Assembly: GCA_964016885.1 (NCBI GenBank)
Contig: OZ024766.1
Coordinates: 5,766,001 to 5,830,000, forward strand
From: Eledone cirrhosa
Lineage: Eukaryota
Direction: 5' to 3'
DNA length: 64,000 nucleotides
How positions within the stretch are numbered: position 1 is the first letter of the stretch; every line of letters begins with the position of its first letter. This document shows positions 1-21,532 of this stretch, piece after piece. The translations under genes were made by a program, and so were the position numbers. The notes below the pieces were generated by a model. That model did not search any database. It saw only the letters and a program-made list of their open reading frames with translations, and was not told the origin of the DNA.

Positions 1-74
1 GTTAAATAATTTGGACATTTTAGCTGATGAAAAGAAAAAGAGAGAGCGTATAATATGTGTGTGTATATATAATA

Positions 75-590
75 TACACCTCTCCAAGACAATGTCACTG
101 GACCGAGATCTTTGGTGCTACGTAGTCATACAGAAGACCCGCCTTGCCTAAGTACAAAGTGAAACCTAGTCAGTAGGTACCTCTTAACCAAAATACACCC
201 CCGTCCCACTACCCCCACCCCATCCACACCACCCCTTTCAATGTAAAGTTATGTTGGTACCACAACATCCAGTCCGAAACAAAGGAGGTCGTGTAGGTGT
301 CATGACAAAAAAAACACACAGTCCACGCTGTAATGTGGCCGTGTAGGTAACACGGTAAAAACCTCCCAGTCCACACTGTAAACGTGGTTGGTGTTAGGAA
401 GGGCATCCAGCCGTAGAAACCCATACAGGCAGTCCCATACGAGCAAGACAACCACTCTTGCCTCAAGTGGGAAAACACCCGTCCAAACCCATGCAAGCGT
501 GGAATATGTAGGTAACACGATAAAACCCTCCCAGTCCACACTGTAAACGTGGTTGGTGTTAGGAAGGGCATCCAGCCGTATTTCATCACT
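75..590 (+). mobile_element. RTE-type LINE 3' end (ORF2 C-terminus plus 3' UTR)
   Basis: + frame LSKTMSLDRDLWCYVVIQKTRLA* resembles the other RTE ORF2 C-termini in this window. A similar copy lies in inverted orientation at ~42420-43115. Confidence 0.7.
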
Positions 591-785
591 TAATGTAGGA
601 ACATCAAGCTTGAAACGATAAATTATACAATGTCAAATCTATAACTTAACTTAGTAATCTGTTAGAAATTGCTGGTTGTGAAATATACAAAATGATATAT
701 TGTTAGCCTCAAGGAAGCATACCTTTTGTTTCAACTACAAAGAGCAAATTAAAATCCGAATTACGAAAGATAACTCTTGTCTTAC

Positions 786-890
786 TTAATCACGAAAATT
801 CACACAAATAACCAAAACTTTTTTAATGTCTCCAAAGGCCCCCAATATCGATTTTTGAAAGCCCTTGTAGGTTTTGTGCAAGGAGAAGCT
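786..890 (-). other. Candidate next exon of the giant-exon gene
   Basis: Acceptor TTTTTTACAG at 891-900 and a donor-like GTAAG at 785. Joined in phase 1 it reads ELLLAQNLQGLSKIDIGGLWRH*. Not verifiable from sequence alone. Confidence 0.25.
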
Positions 891-1067
891 CTGTAAAAAA
901 TTTCAAAGAAATCACATGAATGGTTTAGAATATATGAGCCCTCATTAAAAATTGTCCACACACACACACACACACACAGAAAACTTCAGCTTTATATATA
1001 TATATATACAAATATATAAACACTTTTGTACATAGATAGATAGATAGATAGATATATAGATAGACGA

Positions 1068-1102
<35 letters not shown>

Positions 1103-1163
1103 GGGAGAGGGGAGAGGGGAGAGAGAGAGAAGAAAATAATAAATAGAGTATTCTTCAACTTAC

Positions 1164-1689
1164 CGAAAGATGACCAATCTATTCCGAATAGTAGCCGGGA
1201 ATGTTGATGATGATGATGATGTAAGTGATGATGGTGATGGTGATGACGATACATGCCTTTGCTACTGTTGTTGTTGTTGCTGTTGTTGTTGTTGTTGTTC
1301 CTCTGTCTGCCATTATTGCTGCTGCCACCACTACCACCGCTACCACCAGCAGACGGTGGTGGTGGTGGTGGTGCCTGTTGCTGTGAAGAAGACGAACCAC
1401 CACCACCACCACCACCACCGCCGCCGCACATGTAAGAATAATAGCTACTCTGACTACCGCCACCGCCTCTACTTCCCCCACCACCGCTGTTCCCCGCACC
1501 ACCACCACCACTATTACTATTACCACCTCTGCTACCACTACCACTACCACCACTACAATCACTTCTCCCTGACTTGCTATTACTACTACTACTACTACTA
1601 CTATTACTATAACCACCACCACCACCTCCCCCACCACCACCCCCGCCATGACAGCTGTTCACGCCGACGGCAACGTTCTTACCATGAAC

Positions 1690-1725
<36 letters not shown>

Positions 1726-3919
1726 GTTACGATTACTATTGTTACGATTGTTGTTGTTGTTGCTGTTGCTGCTGTTGTTGTTGTTGATGCAGTTGCTCGT
1801 GTAGAGAGAGGTGGCAGGGGGGGACGGGGCCGGTGCAGCGGAGGATGGGGAGCTGTTGGTGCACTTCTTGAAGTGGCGCAGGTCGTTGTTGATGTAGCCG
1901 AGCGACTGACGGTGCGACCTCCCGCCCCTGGAGGGCGGGGGCACGTCGTTGTTGAGGGGGAGGAGGTTCGGCGTGGAGGCGGAGGAGGAGGACGACGACG
2001 AAGGTGGTGAAGAAGGGGGCATTGACGAAACCGACTGGATTTCTTTCTTGTGGCTGGCACCCCCGCCACCACCACCTTTACTATTGCTGCTAACACCACC
2101 ACCACCACCACCACCACCACCACTACGTCTCGTACTGTTACTGCTGCCCCGCACCAAGCTAGAATGGTTCGGCGGACCTTTGAGCTTGGGCCCACCGCCC
2201 ACATTTGATGACGTGGGCTGGGTGACAGGCATGTTACCCTGGCCTTCTCTCGCACCACCACCACCACCACCATCAACAACACTGTCATCCAAGAGAGACC
2301 TAGCCCCAGATCCTATCTGATGCTGTTGCTCATGCTGTTGTTGCTGATGCTGGAGGAGGAGGTGGTGGTGGTGGTGGTGGTGGGAGCCGGTAGGCTGGTG
2401 CCTGAGCAGCGAAGAAGACGACGACGACAACGACGACGAGGGCAAGAGGAGGACTGGAGGCACGTGCGGGATGGTAAGGGGTCGATGGGTGTCGGGCTGA
2501 GACAATTTCGACTTGGACGTGGATGAGGCAAACGGGGAGGAAACGGGGCCACAGTTTGCTGACGTTTGGTTCCGGCCCAGGGGGCCGAGGGAGGCGAACT
2601 CTTTCCGCTCAGCCTCCTCCAACATGGCGGCGCCACCAGACCCCAGAGGGGAGCAGGACGACGAGGAGGAGGTGGCAGAGGTCTTCGGACACTGTCGGTC
2701 CTTCTTGGGGCGACGTAGCAGGTCAAACTGCAAGGACCCTGACCCCAGAAAAGAGGGCGGGGACGATGAAGGTGGCGCAGCGTTTGGGTCTAGCTGGGTG
2801 TGAATCAACGGGGCAGCAAACGGCGACGTCGGTAGCGGGGAAGGGGCGTTGGCGGGGGCAGAGAGAGGGCACTGGGGTTCGGTCTGGCCAATGCCCAGGT
2901 CACACCTGCTCCCCCTTCGACTCCGACGTCTCTGCCGCTCACCCGACGTTTTGTTGCTGTTGCTGTCACAGTTGATCGCCTTCGTTGCCAACACAGAGCT
3001 CCCCTCGCGCCGCCTGGTGGCCCCGACGCTATTAATATCATCATCATCATCACCATCACCACCACCACCACCACCACCACCGGTAAAGACATCTTTGAAG
3101 TACACAAACTCCATCACGCGACCGGACGCTGTCGATGCACAACCAGCTCCCGGAATGCTCGGAACAGTGAAAGAAGAGGCACACGATTGTCTCCCCTGTT
3201 TTCCACCACCACCAGTAGGTGGAAGCACACTAGAGGTCGCGGTGACCGAGACAGCAGAGAAAGAGGTAGTGCTAGCAGTAGGAGTAGGGGGAGAAAGGAG
3301 AGCCGTTGCCATGGGCGAGTAAGAGGATGGGAACGGCGCAGCGCTGCCAAAGAAAGGGGAGACAACTCTCCCTCTTCCGCCGCCGCCGCCCTTCCGTCGC
3401 TGGGACAGCTTCGCCACCTGTGAATACGTACGTTTCGAAGAGCTGGCAACGGGCTCGTCCCCATCAGCCGCCGAAGACACGGCGTCTCCACAGCAACCGC
3501 CGGCGACTCCTCCCCGCCCCCGCCCCGCCGGGGGAAACGCCAGGGCGGACGAAGGCGGCGGAGGCGGAGGGGGAGGCGGCAGTCGCGGAGGAAGCGCAAC
3601 GGAGGGCGAATTGGGCGCCGGCGCCGGCGCCGCGGCGGCGGGGCAGCCCCTCGTGAAGAAATCGGAGCACAGGGGCTGCTGTGGCGCGAGGTGGTTGTTG
3701 TTTCCACCGCCGCTAGCGCTGTTGCGCCACGAGTGCGCAGAGGGATCTGGCAACCCATGCCCTGCGCCACCACCACCACCAATACCCGCAGCAAATGCTG
3801 TAAACAGCCGCACGGCAGACGATGCATCTCGGTGGTGCAGTTGGCAACTCTCTGCTAACCTTCCTGCAGCCAACACGCTCTCACTTTCGTGCACTTGTTG
3901 CTGTAGTGGCGCAGTTTGT

Positions 3920-3951
<32 letters not shown>

Positions 3952-6900
3952 TTGTTGTTGTTGTGGTGGTGGTGCTGATAGTAGCTGTGTATATTCCCAC
4001 TGTTGTTGCAACAGGAGCAGCAGCTGTTGTTGTTGCTGCTGTTGTTGTTGGTGGTGGTGGTCGTCTTGTCGTAGTAAATGTGGTGGTTGTTGTTGCAGTT
4101 GTTGTGGTTGTTCTTGAAAATACCTAAGTTGTTGTAGTTGGTTTTCTTGTTGTTGTTGTTGTTGTAGTTGTGGGAGTTGTAGTTGTTGTGGTAGGTGTTG
4201 TGGTTGTGGTTGTTGTTGTTTTAGTTGTGGTAGTTGTTGTGGTTGTAGTTGTTGTTGTGGTAGTTGTTGTAGCAGTAGTAGTTGTTGGAGCTGGTCTTGT
4301 TGTTGTTGTTGTTGTTGTTGATGTTGCAGTAGCTGTTGTTCTTGTTGCAGTTGCTGTTGTAGTGGTAGAGGTGGTGTTTGTTGTTGTAATAACTGCAAAC
4401 GATGTTGGTATTGTTGTTGTTGTTGTTGTTCCTGTTGTAGTTGTGGTTGATGATGATGAGAATACTGGTATGGTTGTTGTTGTTGTTGTTGCTGTAGCCA
4501 ATATTTTTGCTGCTGCTGCTGCTGCAGGTATACGCGGCCAGCTTCAGCATTTTTCCTTTCACTGCCTATAGCGTTCTTGGCACCACTACCTATACTACTG
4601 CCTAAACCACCACCACCGATACTCAAACCACTTCCGACACTACCGCCAATACTACCTGCTCCACACCCACTTACACCACCACCACCACCCATACTACCGC
4701 CTACACTACTGCCTACACCACCACAAACCCCACCAATAACACCAACACTACTGCCTATACCACTTCCTACACTACCACCTACACCACCACAACCCCCACC
4801 AATAACACTAACACTACCACCACCCATACTACCGCCTAAACCACTTCCCACACTACCACCTACACCACCACAACCCCCACCAATAACACCAACACTACCA
4901 CCTACACCACCAACACCCATACTACCGCCTAAACCACTTCCTACACTACCACCAACACCACAACCCCCACCAATAACACCAACACTACTGCCTACACCAC
5001 CACCACCCATACTACCGCCTAAACCACTTCCTACACAACCCCCACCAATAACACCAACACTACTGCCTACACCACCACCCATACTACTGCCTAAACCACT
5101 TCCTACACTACCACCTACACCACCACAACCCCCACCAATAACACCAACACTACCGCCTACACCACCACCCATACTACCGCCTAAACCACTTCCTACACTA
5201 CCACCTACACCACCACAACCCCCACCAATAACACCAACACTACTACCTACACCACTACCACCCATACTACCGCCTAAACCACTTCCTACACTACCACCTA
5301 CACCACCACAGCCCCCACCAATAACACCAACACTACCGCCTACACTACCACCCATACTACCGCCTAAACCACTTCCTACACTACCACCTACACCACCACA
5401 GCCCCCACCAATAACACCAACACTACCACCCATACTACCGCCTAAACCACTTCCTACACTACCACCTACACCACCCCCACCAATAACACCAACACTACCG
5501 CGTACACCACCACCCATACTACCGCCTAAACCACTTCCTACACTACCACCTACACCACCACAACCCCCACCAATAACACCAACACCACTACCACCCATAC
5601 TACCGCCTAAACCACTTCCTACACTACCACCTACACCACCACAGCCCCCACCAATAACACCAACACTACCGCCTACACCACCACCCATACTACCGCCTAA
5701 ACCACTTCCTACACTACCACCTACACCACCCCCACCAATAACACCAACACTACCGCCTACACCACCACCACCCATACTACCGCCTAAACCACTTCCTACA
5801 CTACCACCAACACCACCACCAATAACACCAACACTACTACCTACACCACTACCACCCATACTACCGCCTAAACCACTTCCTACACTACCACCTACACCAC
5901 CACAGCCCCCACCAATAACACCAACACCAACACTACCGCCTACACCACCACCCATACTACCGCCTACACCACCACCCATACTACCGCCTAAACCACTTCC
6001 TACACTACCACCTACACCACCACCAATAACACCAACACTACTACCTACACCACTACCACCCATACTACCGCCTAAACCACTTCCTACACTACCACCTACA
6101 CCACCACAGCCCCCACCAATAACACCAACACTACCGCCTACACCACCACCCATACTACCGCCTACACCACCACCCATACTACCGCTTAAACCACTTCCTA
6201 CACTACCACCTACACCACCACAGCCCCCACCAATAACACCAACACTACCGCCTACACCACCACCCATACTACCGCCTACACCACCACCCATACTACCGCT
6301 TAAACCACTTCCTACACTACCACCTACACCACCACAGCCCCCACCAACACTACCGCCTACACCACCACCCATACTACCGCCTACACCACCACCCATACTA
6401 CTGCCTAAACCACTTCCTACACTACCACCTACACCACCACAGCCCCCACCAATAACACCAACACTACTGCCTACACCACCACCACCCATACTACCGCCTA
6501 AACCACTTCCTACACTACCACCTACACCACCACAGCCCCCACCAATAACACCAACACCAACACTACTGCCTACACCACCACCACCCATACTACCGCCTAA
6601 ACCACTTCCTACACTACCACCTACACCACCACCACCACCACTACCACCAATAACACCAACACTACCACCTATACTACAACCACCACCACCACCACCACCA
6701 CCAATACTAGCTACACCCCTGTCGCTACGAAATGGAACGTCCCTGTAGCAGAAGGCAGAGTTGGGAGGTTGTACGGGTGGGCCGGTGTACGGCAAGACAG
6801 AGGGGTGAGGGTCGCAGCTGGGGTCACGGCCCCTGCCCAGGTCGTCCCACTGGCGCCTGTCGGCGTCACCGAGGGCAACGCGGGCGGCGGGGAGGGGGGC

Positions 6901-8417
6901 ACAGCTATTCCCCAGCGGGGGTGTCGCAGTGCCAAGAGGCAGCCGGGCGAACGCCCGCTGCATCTCTGCGAGAAGGGACATGCCCACTACCGCCACTCCC
7001 CCTCCCACCTCCTCTACCACCCCTCCCTCTCCCCCTACCACCGTCCCTCCATCTCCCCCTACCACCATCCCTCCATCTACTACCATCCCTCTTTCTTCTA
7101 CTGCCCCTCTCTCTTCTACCGCCGTCACTCTCCCTTCCCCTCCCACCATCACTCGCTCATCTCTTTGCTGCACCTCCCCTTCCTCCTCTCTCTCGAAACC
7201 ATTCTGGTGGCCACCACTACTAATACTACCACTACCACCATTACTAATACTTCTACTACTACTACTACTACTACTACCATCACCACCACCACTACTAATA
7301 CTTCTACTACTACCACTACTACTACCATCACCACCACCACTACTAATACTTCTACTACTACCACTACTACTACCATCACCACCACTACTACTAATACTTC
7401 TACTACTACTACTACTACTACTACCATCACCACCACCACTACTAATACTTCTACTACTACCACTACTACTACCATCACCACCACTACTACTAATACTTCT
7501 ACTACTACTACTACTACTACTACCATCACCACCACCACTACTAATACTTCTACTACTACCACTACTACTACCATCACCACCACCACTACTAATACTTCTA
7601 CTACTACTACTACTACTACCATCACCACCACCACTACTAATACTTCTACTACCATCACCACCACCACCACTACTAATACTTCTACTACCACCACCACCAC
7701 CACTACTAATACTTCTACTACCATCACCACCACCACTACTAATACTTCTACTACTACTAAAATTAACACAAGCCCCACCACTACCTAAACCACCACCAGT
7801 CCATACACCACCACCACCACCACTACCGCCACCACCAATACCATCACAGCCACCACCGGCCCCAACGCCTGCAAGCTGCTCCAGCAGGGGCAAGTTGCCC
7901 ACTAGGGGTACGTAGCAGCCGTCGAGCTGAGGTGGCGGGCAAGGATTCGGGGCGATGTCAGCGTGGGGGTCGCATGTGACGGGGGCCACAGAGACAGGGG
8001 ACGGCGTTGCCGCGGTAACCTCGCAGCAGGAGGCAGAAGAAGAAGGTGGTGGTGGTGGTGAAGAAATTCGATTTTCTGATACCACAGGTTTCGATGCAAC
8101 GTCTGTTGTTGCTGTTGTTGTTGTTGCAGCGTCCGTCGCTACTGGCAGAGGTGTCAGGGTAAGAGCACCGGTCAGCCCTGACCCCGACCCAGGGGCTGGG
8201 GCCCATGAGGGGTCAGGCAGGCGTCCGCGGCTGCAGTCGCCGTGCAGCGGGGGGCGGCGTTGTCCCGACAACGGAGCTTGTGGTGGTGCAGCGTCCCCAT
8301 AAACGCCGCAGTCGCCACCACCCACACCCTCGATACCAGTGGCGACAGTGGGTCCAGCAACACCCTCCCCCGACGCCTCTAAGGCTTCGAAAACTAACCA
8401 ATTGTTACTGCTATTGT

Positions 8418-8448
<31 letters not shown>

Positions 8449-10893
8449 ACGGCTACTATTATTACTACTACCACTACTAATAATACTGCTACGAGTACTA
8501 CCACCACCTCCACTAATACCACTACTACCACCACCACCACTACTGTTACTACAAGTAATATTACAACTAACACCACCACCACTATTACTACTACTACCAC
8601 CACCACTATTACTACTACTACCACCACCATTAATACTACCACCACCACCACTATTACTAATACTACTACCACCACTAATACTATTACTACTACTACCACC
8701 ACCATTACTACTACCACCACCACCACTATTACTACTACTACCACCACCATTAATACTACCACCACCACCACTATTACTAATACTACTACCACCACCACCA
8801 TTACTAATACTACTACCACCACCATTAATACTACCACCACCACCACTATTACTACTACTACCACCACCATTAATACTACCACCACCACCACCACTATTAC
8901 TAATACTACTACCACCACCACCACCACTATTACTAATACTACTACCACCACCATTAATACTACCACCACCACCACTATTACTACTACTACCACCACCATT
9001 AATACTACCACCACCACCACTATTACTAATACTACTACCACCACTAATACTATTACTAGTACTACCACCACCATTAATACTACCACCACCACCACTATTA
9101 CTACTACTACCACCACCATTAATACTACCACCACCACCACCACTATTACTAATACTACTACCACCACCACCACTATTACTAATACTACTACCACCACCAC
9201 CACTATTACTACTACCACCACCACGAATACAACTACTACTATCACCACAACTGGCTTTCCTCTCCCCTTGGGCTATATCAAAATCTACCCCAAGGATACC
9301 ACCGCCTGTACTACTATCAACACTACCACACACACTCCCCACACCACCACCACCAACACTACCACAATCCACACCACCACCCATACTATCACACATACTA
9401 CCACCTAAACTATTACACATACTACCACCATCCACACTGACACCAACAATATCAACACTACCACCCACACTACCACCACCAACACTACCACAATCCACAC
9501 CACCACCCATACTATCACACATACTACCACCTAAACTATCACACACACTACCACCATCCACACTGACACCCACAATATCAACACTACCACCCACACTACC
9601 ACCACCAACACTACCACTCATATCACACACACTATCACTAACACTACAACCAACACTACCAACACCCATACCATCAACACTACCACCCACACTACCACCA
9701 ACACTACTACTCATATCACACACACTATCACTAACACTACAACCAACACTACCACCCACACCAATACCATGAACACTACCCACACCACCACCCATACTTC
9801 CACCCACACTAACACTCATATCACACACACAACCACCCATACCACCACCAACACTACCACTCATATCACACACACTACCACCCATACCACCACCCACACT
9901 ACCACTCATATCACACACACTACCACCCATACCACCACCCACACCACCACTCATATCACACACACTACCACCCATACCACCACCAACACTACCACCCATA
10001 CCACCCCCAACACTACCACCCATACCACCCCCAACACTACCACTCATATCACACACACTACCACCCATACCACCACCCACACTACCACTCATATCACACA
10101 CACTACCACCCATACCACCACCAACACTACCACCCACACTACCACTCATATCACACACACTACCACCCATATCACACTCACTACCACCCATACCACCACC
10201 TACACTACCACCCACACTACCACTCATATCACACACACTACCACCCATACCACCACCTACACTACCACTCATATCACACACACTACCACCCATACCACCA
10301 CCCACACTACCACCCACACTACCACCCATACCACCACCCACACTACCACTCATATCACACACACTACCACCCATACCACCACTACCACCCACACTACCAC
10401 CCATACCACCACCTACACTACCACCCACACTACCACTCATATCACACACACTACCACCCATACCACCACCCACACTACCACTCATATCACACACACTACC
10501 ACCCAAACCACCACCCACACTACCACCCATACCACCACCTACACTACCACCCAAACCACCACCCACACTACCACCCATACCACCACCTACACTACCACCC
10601 AAACTATTCAACAGAAAGCAAGTGTACCCCTCCACCTCCTCCCCCTCCCGCTGTTGGTCCAGGCCTGCCACGTTCCCGAAGCAGCCATTAGCCATCGGCC
10701 CCAGCCCAGCCTCCACCGAGTCGCCGTCGTCGGGAGGCGGAGGGGGCGCAGGGGGGGGCGGCGGCGGCGGCGTGGGGCAAGAGGCCGGGTCACCGCACAG
10801 CTGTTGCCGTCGGCGACGGTGGTGGTGGTGGTGGTGGTGGTGGCCAGCGACTTCGTCAAACTTGAAACCGTCAACATTTACCGTGTCAACCAT
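1164..10893 (-). CDS. Giant single coding exon (~3240 codons) of an unidentified low-complexity protein
   Basis: ORF is open across ~9.7 kb, including several GC/CpG-rich unique linkers, and its repeat blocks keep the frame. It ends at a strong donor TTCG|GTAAGT (GT at 1163-1162); the ORF-track tail beyond it is microsatellite translation. Gly/Ser repeats, poly-Q, poly-H, poly-N and poly-P tracts; no domain recognised. Confidence 0.7.
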
Positions 10894-10899
10894 TATGTC

Positions 10900-17900
<7,001 letters not shown>

Positions 17901-18304
17901 ACAGTTGATCTCTCCAATTGCTAATAGTATCCATCGGTCATGTGTTTATGTGTGTATATGTTCATATGTGTGTGTGTGTATATGTTCATATGTGTGTGTG
18001 TGTATATGTTCATATGTGTGTGTGTGCCTAGGTTGATCTTCGTTGCCGCTGGTAACGTGTAACCCAATACAACCTATGGATGGTCGGCGGAGCTGAGAAG
18101 AGTCAAAGGCTATCCAATAAAGTAGTCTCTTTTTCTGGACAGAGAGACTCTTAGTCTTCATTAACCCTTTAGTGTCCAAACCGGCCCAAACCGGCCAGAA
18201 TTCTCTACCTCTTTCTGTTGAAACTGGCTGTAACTGGTTGCTCAAACTGATGTTAAGGTATTGTTCTCAAAATAAATACTTTCAAAATCTCATAGATTCG
18301 ATGT

Positions 18305-20265
18305 TATGTTATGTGAGATATTATGTGAGGTAAAGCCTTTACTGTGACAATACAATAGTATATGTAGAGTTATGTAAATGTTATGTGAGATATTATGTGA
18401 GGTAAAGCCTTTACTGTGACAATACAATAGTATATATAGAGTAATGTAAATGTTATGTGAGATATTATGTGAGGTAAAGCCTTTACTGTGAAAATACAGT
18501 AGTATATATAGAGTAATGTAAATGTTATGTGAGATATTATGTGAGGTAAAGCCTTTACTGTGAAAATACAGTAGTATATATAGAGTAATGTAAATGTTAT
18601 GTGAGGGAAAGCCTTTACTGTGACAATACAATAGTATATATAGAGTAATGTAAATGTTATGTGAGATATTATGTGAGGTAAAGCCTTTACTGTGAAAATA
18701 TAATAGTATATATAGAGTAATGTAAATGTTATGTGAGATATTATGTGAGGTGAAGCCTTTACTGTGAAAATACAATAGCATATATAGAGTAATGTAAATG
18801 TTATGTGAGATATTATGTGAGGTAAAGCCTTTACTGTGAAAATACAATAGTATATATAGAGTAATGTAAATGTTATGTGAGATATTATGTGAGGTAAAGC
18901 CTCTACTGTGAAAATACAATAGTATATATAGAGTAATGTAAATGTTATGTGAGATATTATGTGAGGTAAGGCCTTTACTGTGAAAATACAATAGTATATA
19001 TAGAGTAATGTAAATGTTATGTGAGATATTATGTGAGGTAAAGCCTTTACTGTGAAAATACAATAGTATATATAGAGTAATATAAATGTTATGTGAGATA
19101 TTATGTGAGGTAAGGCCTTTACTGTGAAAATACAATAGTATATATAGAGTAATGTAAATGTTATGTGAGATATTATGTGAGGTAAAGCCTTTACTGTGAA
19201 AATATAATAGTATATATAGAGTAATGTAAATGTTATGTGAGATATTATGTGAGGTGAAGCCTTTACTGTGAAAATACAATAGCATATATAGAGTAATGTA
19301 AATGTTATGTGAGATATTATGTGAGGTAAAGCCTTTACTGTGAAAATATAATAGTTTATATAGAGTAATGTAAATGTTATGTGAGATATTATGTGAGGTA
19401 AAGCCTTTACTGTGAAAATACAATAGTATATATAGAGTAATGTAAATGTTATGTGAGATATTATGTGAGGTAAAGCCTTTATTGTGAAAATACAATAGTA
19501 TATATAGAGTAATGTAAATGTTATGTGTGATATTATGTGAGGTAAAGCCTTTACTGTGAAAATACAATAGTATATATTGAGTAATGTAAATGTTATGTGA
19601 TATATTATGTGAGGTAAAGCCTTTACTGTGAAAATACAATAGTATATATAGAGTAATGTAAATGTTATGTGAGATATTATGTGAGGTAAAGCCTTTACTG
19701 TGACAATACAATAGTATATATAGAGTAATGTAAATGTTATGTGAGATATTATGTGAGGTAAAGACTTTACTGTGACAATACAATAGTATATATAGAGTAA
19801 TGTAAATGTTATGCGAGATATTATGTGAGGTAAAGCCTTTACTGTGACAATACTATAGTATATATAGAGTAATGTAAATGTTATGTGAGATATTATGTGA
19901 GGTAAAGCCTTTACTGTGACAATACAATAGTATATATAGAGTAATGTAAATGTTATGTGATATATTATGTGAGGTAAAGCCTTTACTGTGAAAATACAAT
20001 AGTATATATAGAGTAATGTAAATGTTATGTGAGGTAAAGCCTTTACTGTGACAATACAATAGTATATATAGAGTAATGTAAATGTTATGTGAGATATTAT
20101 GTGAGGTAAAGCCTTTACTGTGAAAATACAATAGTTTATATAGAGTAATGTAAATGTTATGTGAGATATTATGTGAGGTAAAGCCTTTACTGTGAAAATA
20201 CAATAGTTTATATAGAGTAATGTAAATGTTATGTGAGATTATGTGAAAATATAATAGTATATATA
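18305..20265. repeat. 72-bp minisatellite (~27 copies)
   Basis: Unit GTAATGTAAATGTTATGTGAGATATTATGTGAGGTAAAGCCTTTACTGTGAAAATACAATAGTATATATAGA; matches the 24-aa periodicity of the ORF track. Confidence 0.95.
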
Positions 20266-20270
20266 AAATA

Positions 20271-20430
20271 ATTGTTTTTACTTTTGGCACAAGGCCAGCA
20301 ATTACCCAGTGCATTACTGGTACTTTATTTTATCGCCCCCGTAAGGATGAAAGGCAAAGTTAACCTCGACGGGATTTGAACTATGCTAGAAAGCATGGCG
20401 TCCAACCCTCTACAGATACTGCCAATTCAC
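20271..20430 (-). mobile_element. SINE with Nin/Deu-like central domain
   Basis: Reverse complement contains a B-box-like GTTCAAATCCC followed by AACTTTGCCTTTCATCC...GATAAAATAAAGTACCAG, resembling the Nin/DeuSINE domain. Many copies in the window. Confidence 0.7.
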
Positions 20431-20599
20431 TGGAGAAGGTCACTCTGATATAAAACCTCTGACTTCGTTTGTATCTAATGATGTAGACCAGTTCTACTTT
20501 TTGGGTAAATGCATTCGATGTTCAGAGAGTGCAAAGCTTTTCCTCATTTAAAATAGCTTCACACATTAGGCCACGTGCTTCCACATATATATAATATAT

Positions 20600-20935
20600 A
20601 TCATCATCATCATTTTACGTCCGCTTTTCCCAGCTTACAAGGGTGGGACGGGAACTGATTCTGGCTTGATTTCTACAGCTGGATGCCCTTCCTAACACCA
20701 ACCTCATTTACAGTGAGTGCTGGGTGCTTTTTTGCCATGGCACCTCCACGACCACTTTACAGTGGAATGATAGGGACCCCAGTCCCTATCATCTCATTTC
20801 TACAGCTGAGTAAACTGGAGCAATGTGAAATAAAGTGTCTTGCTCAAGGAAACAACATCACCCGGTCTGAGAATTGAACTCACAACCTTTCGATTGCAAG
20901 GCCAATGCGCTAACCACTAAGCCATGTGCCTCCTC
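20600..20935 (-). mobile_element. tRNA-derived SINE with CORE-like segment and RTE-like tail
   Basis: Reverse complement starts GGAGGCACATGGCTTAGTGG (A box), then GAGTTCAATTC (B box), then CCTTGAGCAAGACACTT, and ends in (GAT)n. Confidence 0.8.
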
Positions 20936-21246
20936 TAACCACTAAGCCATATATATTAATTAAAACACGGGGTTATTTCACCATAATTGCTTTATTGCAT
21001 ATATATTTCTGTTTCATAGTTATGCATGTGACTTCATCAGATGCTTATACAATCGTGGGAATATGTCGCTGGTCATTGTATTACCATCCTGTTGTGATGC
21101 CAACAGACATACAAGTCTCTGAATCTTTTTTGTTACTAAGTTACAAAGTTCTAGTAGTAGATATATTATATATATATATATGTGCGTATGTGTATGTATA
21201 CACAAAATTACAAGAAACGAAGCAGGCTGTGTGGTTACTGTAGACG

Positions 21247-21532
21247 AAGTTTAAGATGGTAATAAGGATGAATCAAGAGAAGAAAGCCTTCATCAGCTGT
21301 TAACTACAGCTGTTTGGGCACTTCCCTGCTCCATTTGGTTTGTTTACTTCATTTTTTTTTCCTCTTCGCTATCTTATCTTTTCTTTCCCTCATGGCCTTT
21401 TCATTGATAAAAGGCCTCGGGCGCGCTGCTGATCGATTTCGATGTCCTGTACTAAGCGCCGAAACAACTATTATCTGCAGTTAACAGCTGATGAAGGGTT
21501 TTTTCTCTTGTTTCATCCTTATTACCATCTTA
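21247..21532. mobile_element. Inverted-repeat element (Penelope-like or MITE-like), right arm split by a LINE
   Basis: ~60-bp arms AGTTTAAGATGGTAATAAGGATGAA...CATCAGCTGTTAAC and GTTAACAGCTGATG...TTCATCCTTATTACCATCTTA. The last arm bases (AACT) resume at 22378. Confidence 0.7.

Noticed and set aside
925-1163. Hydrophobic C-terminal tail of the 3322-aa ORF as a transmembrane segment
   Set aside because: It lies after a strong GTAAGT donor and is translated (CT)n/(TA)n/(TG)n repeat.
4580-10600. Assignment of the giant ORF to known cephalopod Gly-rich structural proteins (suckerin, beak proteins)
   Set aside because: No signal peptide, and no GGY or GHG-type modules; the resemblance is compositional only.
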